DNA from: Eledone cirrhosa | Taxonomy: Eukaryota | Assembly (NCBI GenBank): GCA_964016885.1 | Contig: OZ024761.1 | Span: forward strand, 27,776,001-27,840,000 | Reading direction: 5' to 3' | Length of the DNA stretch: 64,000 nt | Part shown: positions 60,374 through 64,000 of the stretch, one piece after another | How the letters are laid out: each line of letters starts with the position of its first letter | Position numbering within the stretch: the stretch's first letter is position 1 | The notes under the pieces: model-generated | What the model saw: only the letters and a program-made list of their open reading frames with translations | Database searches by the model: none | What the model was told of the DNA's origin: nothing | Translations under genes and position numbers: made by a program

Positions 60374-61036
60374 GAAAAATTGAACGGGAACAAAACAGAG
60401 AGACAGTACAACAAATGTTTATCAATTTCACGCTCTTGAGCGTGGGGTGGTGGTGGGGAACGACGTTTCGGGCATAAGCCCTTCGTCAGGTGAAAAGTGT
60501 GTGGGAAGAGAGTTCAAAGGGTGTGTAGGGGAGTGGTGGAGAGACATATAGCAAAAGGGGGTGAGAGGAAACGGTGCAAATGAAATTAAAAATAAAGGCA
60601 TGATCAAAATAAAATTAAAATGGGGTAAAACAGGTGGTAGAAGGGTGTGGGGCGTGTAGGGGTGGTGGCGGGTGGAGTGGGGAGAGGGAGACGGGGTGTC
60701 CGAGCGGGGAGGGCTGAAGGTGGTGTGTGTGTGTAGGTGTACGTGTGGGTGTGGGTGTGTGTATGTGAAAGCAAGGGTTGGGGGAAGAACGGGGTTGCAT
60801 GTTCAGGAAGAGGTGTGTGTGGGGTGGGGTGTAGGTCGGAGTGTGTGTGCGTGTGTAGATAGAGGGGTGGGGGGAGAGGAATCCGTAGGCTGAATGTGTA
60901 AATATGTGGTGGTACGCACATGTGTGTGTGTGTGGTGTTTAAGCGTGTTGTGGGTGTAGGTGGCGTGTGGAAAAAAAATTATTTTTGGGTGTGTGTGTGG
61001 GTGAGTCATAAAGGTGATTCCGTAAGATGTGGAATG

Positions 61037-61040
<4 letters not shown>
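60372..61040 (-). mobile_element. Penelope-like 3' fragment, family F (C-rich UTR + hammerhead)
   Basis: Bounded by (TA)n; terminal sequence shared with 7916-7990; contains a minimal hammerhead. Confidence 0.65.
60459..60493 (-). ncRNA. Minimal hammerhead ribozyme motif
   Basis: cac CTGACGA A GGGC ttat GCCC GAAACGTC^gt; stem I is weak. Confidence 0.7.
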
Positions 61041-61118
<78 letters not shown>

Positions 61119-61250
61119 ATTAGAAAGTGAACAACACAAAATATAACTACTCCATTACCAAAGGTTTCTGGATCCTGGACGATATTAATATACGTCTGGA
61201 TCATTCATCTATACATAGAGCACTCTCTTTTTCTTCGGAATTACCTAAGA

Positions 61251-61302
<52 letters not shown>

Positions 61303-61385
61303 AAAGATAAACAGAAAGAACAACACAATCGGTACAGTATATGGAAGGAATATATTGGCTAACGCTTGCAATAGTAGCAAGAGGG

Positions 61386-61421
61386 TCTTAACATTTCGGA
61401 CGCTAGTCCTTCATCAGATGA
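61386..61421 (-). ncRNA. Minimal hammerhead motif, slightly degenerate (another PLE-like end starting about 61302)
   Basis: cat CTGATGA A GGAC tagc GTCC GAAATGTT; downstream of a (TA)n tract. Confidence 0.6.
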
Positions 61422-61834
61422 AAGAATGAGAAATCAGCTAGACTGAAGGGACGGGCGGGGTGGAATTGGAAAATAATATTTTTAGAGAAAAATAATAGGC
61501 CCATTCATTTTGCCATCTCTTGGAAAACTCAAGATAACTTTGTTTATATGAACGAAGTTATCTCGAATAACGAGTTTAAAGCGCAAATGTATTAGAATTC
61601 GGAGAATGATGAGAATACCTCAACGCAAGGAAGCTGTTAAAATGGCAGAATGCTGTCAATGGCAGTGACGGGTAAAAATTTATCTCAGTGGCTAGAAGTG
61701 TGTTGGCCAGCAGAAGTGATAGGAAGAAAGGAGTATAGGAAGAAAATGGACGTGAGATCACACAAACATTGATATATAACTCATCAGCTTTTAGACCGGT
61801 TGTGGTCTCTCACTCTCTCTCTCTCTCTCTTTCT

Positions 61835-61876
<42 letters not shown>

Positions 61877-62256
61877 TCTCTCTCTCGTATATATTGGGTC
61901 GCCAAGTATGAATTCTGTAGAAATTTGTAAAAAATAAAAACACATTTCTACAAATTTCATACTTGACGATCCAATGTACATAGTTGAACATTTGGGGATA
62001 CACACCTTCATTACACGAAGTTTCACACTAGACCTGAGAAAACAATGTGGGTGATTGTGTATTTACAGAATGTCTGATTGATCTCACAAACACTATATTA
62101 ATATGTATACATATCTATGTGATATATATGTATATTATATACGTTTGTGTGTGTGTGAAACAGCTTATGTTAACCTATAAATATTAACTATACATCTTGT
62201 AGTAAGTGCTCTTTCCATTCGTTTCTACCCATAAACGCGTATATACATATATATAT

Positions 62257-62341
<85 letters not shown>

Positions 62342-62491
62342 CACACATACACGTACATATATAATCATATTTTTATAGGCATTCACATATATCAATATAT
62401 GTATATAAACACTTAGAAAGACACACATATATATACATGCTTTTGTGTATATATATATGTATATATATATGTATAAATATATATATATATG

Positions 62492-62537
<46 letters not shown>

Positions 62538-62714
62538 CATATATATGTATATATGTATGTAAATATATATATATATATATATAAAAATATATACATATAT
62601 ATGTATATATATATGTATACATATAGTATAAATATATATATATGTGTGTGTATATATATATATATATATACATATATATATGTATATATATATATGTATA
62701 AATATAAATATATA

Positions 62715-62791
<77 letters not shown>

Positions 62792-63353
62792 TTATATATA
62801 TATATAACAAATTAATGGCAATGACAACGACAATATTACCATCGTACCTTATAACTTCTAGATATCTACATCCTTCCATTCTTCTCTGCTTATATAAATA
62901 TATATAAATATATATAAATATATATAAATATACAAATATCTATATATATATATACACACATATATATATATAAATATGTTTCTTCTAACGGAAATCTCTC
63001 CTTCATCTCCAAATGCAACCATCTCTATCATCTCACATCTATCTAACCAATATTTCAGCCATCAGCCATGTATGTGAAAAAAAATATAACCCCACCCCCG
63101 AAGTCTTAAGCTACTCTGTTCCAAGATTATCTCCCCCTTTCACTTCCTCTTCAGTCTGATCTTGGTTTTAGTTGACGGCACTTAAAGAAAGACAAATAAC
63201 TAAAAACAAAAACAAAAACAAAAATTCACTTTAACCGTCCAGGAAAAAGAGTTAGACGCCATCTTAGTACACTTTCCTCTTCCTGATGTTGAAGTTGCCA
63301 CTTCGCCTCCTCCCCGTTCCCCTTCCACGTCCTCACCATCCTCATCGTCATTT

Positions 63354-63406
<53 letters not shown>

Positions 63407-63434
63407 ATGATAATAATAATACTACAACTACTAT

Positions 63435-63493
<59 letters not shown>

Positions 63494-63530
63494 ATACTAC
63501 TACTACTATTACTAATACTATTACAACTAT

Positions 63531-63601
<71 letters not shown>

Positions 63602-63885
63602 ATACTACAACTACTATTACTACTACTACTACTACTATTACTATTACAACTATTACAACTACTACTACTACTATTACAACTATTACAACTACTACTATTA
63701 CTACTACTACTATTACAACTATTGCAACTATTACAACTACTACTACTACTATTACAACTATTACAACTACTACTATTACTACTACTACTATTACAACTAT
63801 TGCAACTATTACAACTACTACTACTACTATTACAACTATTACAACTACTACTACTACTCCTACTACTACTGCTACTGCTGCTGTT
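63354..63885. repeat. (ACT)n tract with attacaact variants
   Basis: Direct reading. Confidence 0.95.
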
Positions 63886-64000
63886 GCTTACGATAATAAA
63901 TGTAACAAGAAATATAAGAGACATTAGTAGTAATGATAGTATCTATAGTTCTATTAGCTGCAGCAGTAGTAGTAGTAGTAGTTGTAGTTGTAGTAGTACT

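Overview
Repeat-dominated eukaryotic intergenic or intronic DNA; no host protein-coding gene can be supported. The (TA)n, (CA)n, (CT)n and (ACT)n load and the SINE sequences suggest a coleoid cephalopod, probably an octopod (from recalled SINE sequence, not a search). Nearly all listed ORFs are microsatellite artefacts. Real content: (1) 5'-truncated non-LTR retrotransposon remnants (R4/Dong-like RT plus restriction-like endonuclease, Tx1/L1-like 3' ends, RTE 3' ends); (2) about 25 copies of a tRNA-derived SINE in head-to-tail arrays at (ATT)n, with a 3' tail resembling the Tx1-like LINE tail; (3) about seven families of Penelope-like elements in (TA)n tracts carrying type I hammerhead ribozyme motifs read directly from the sequence. 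The last group is the most notable signal. It includes ~200 bp back-to-back ribozyme palindromes, family-fixed core variants (compensated U3-A8, and U4A) and a GIY-YIG-only open ORF between inverted ends. A few unique islands carry candidate cis-regulatory motifs, including a CTCF-like site. Coordinates were read by eye, so element boundaries are approximate.
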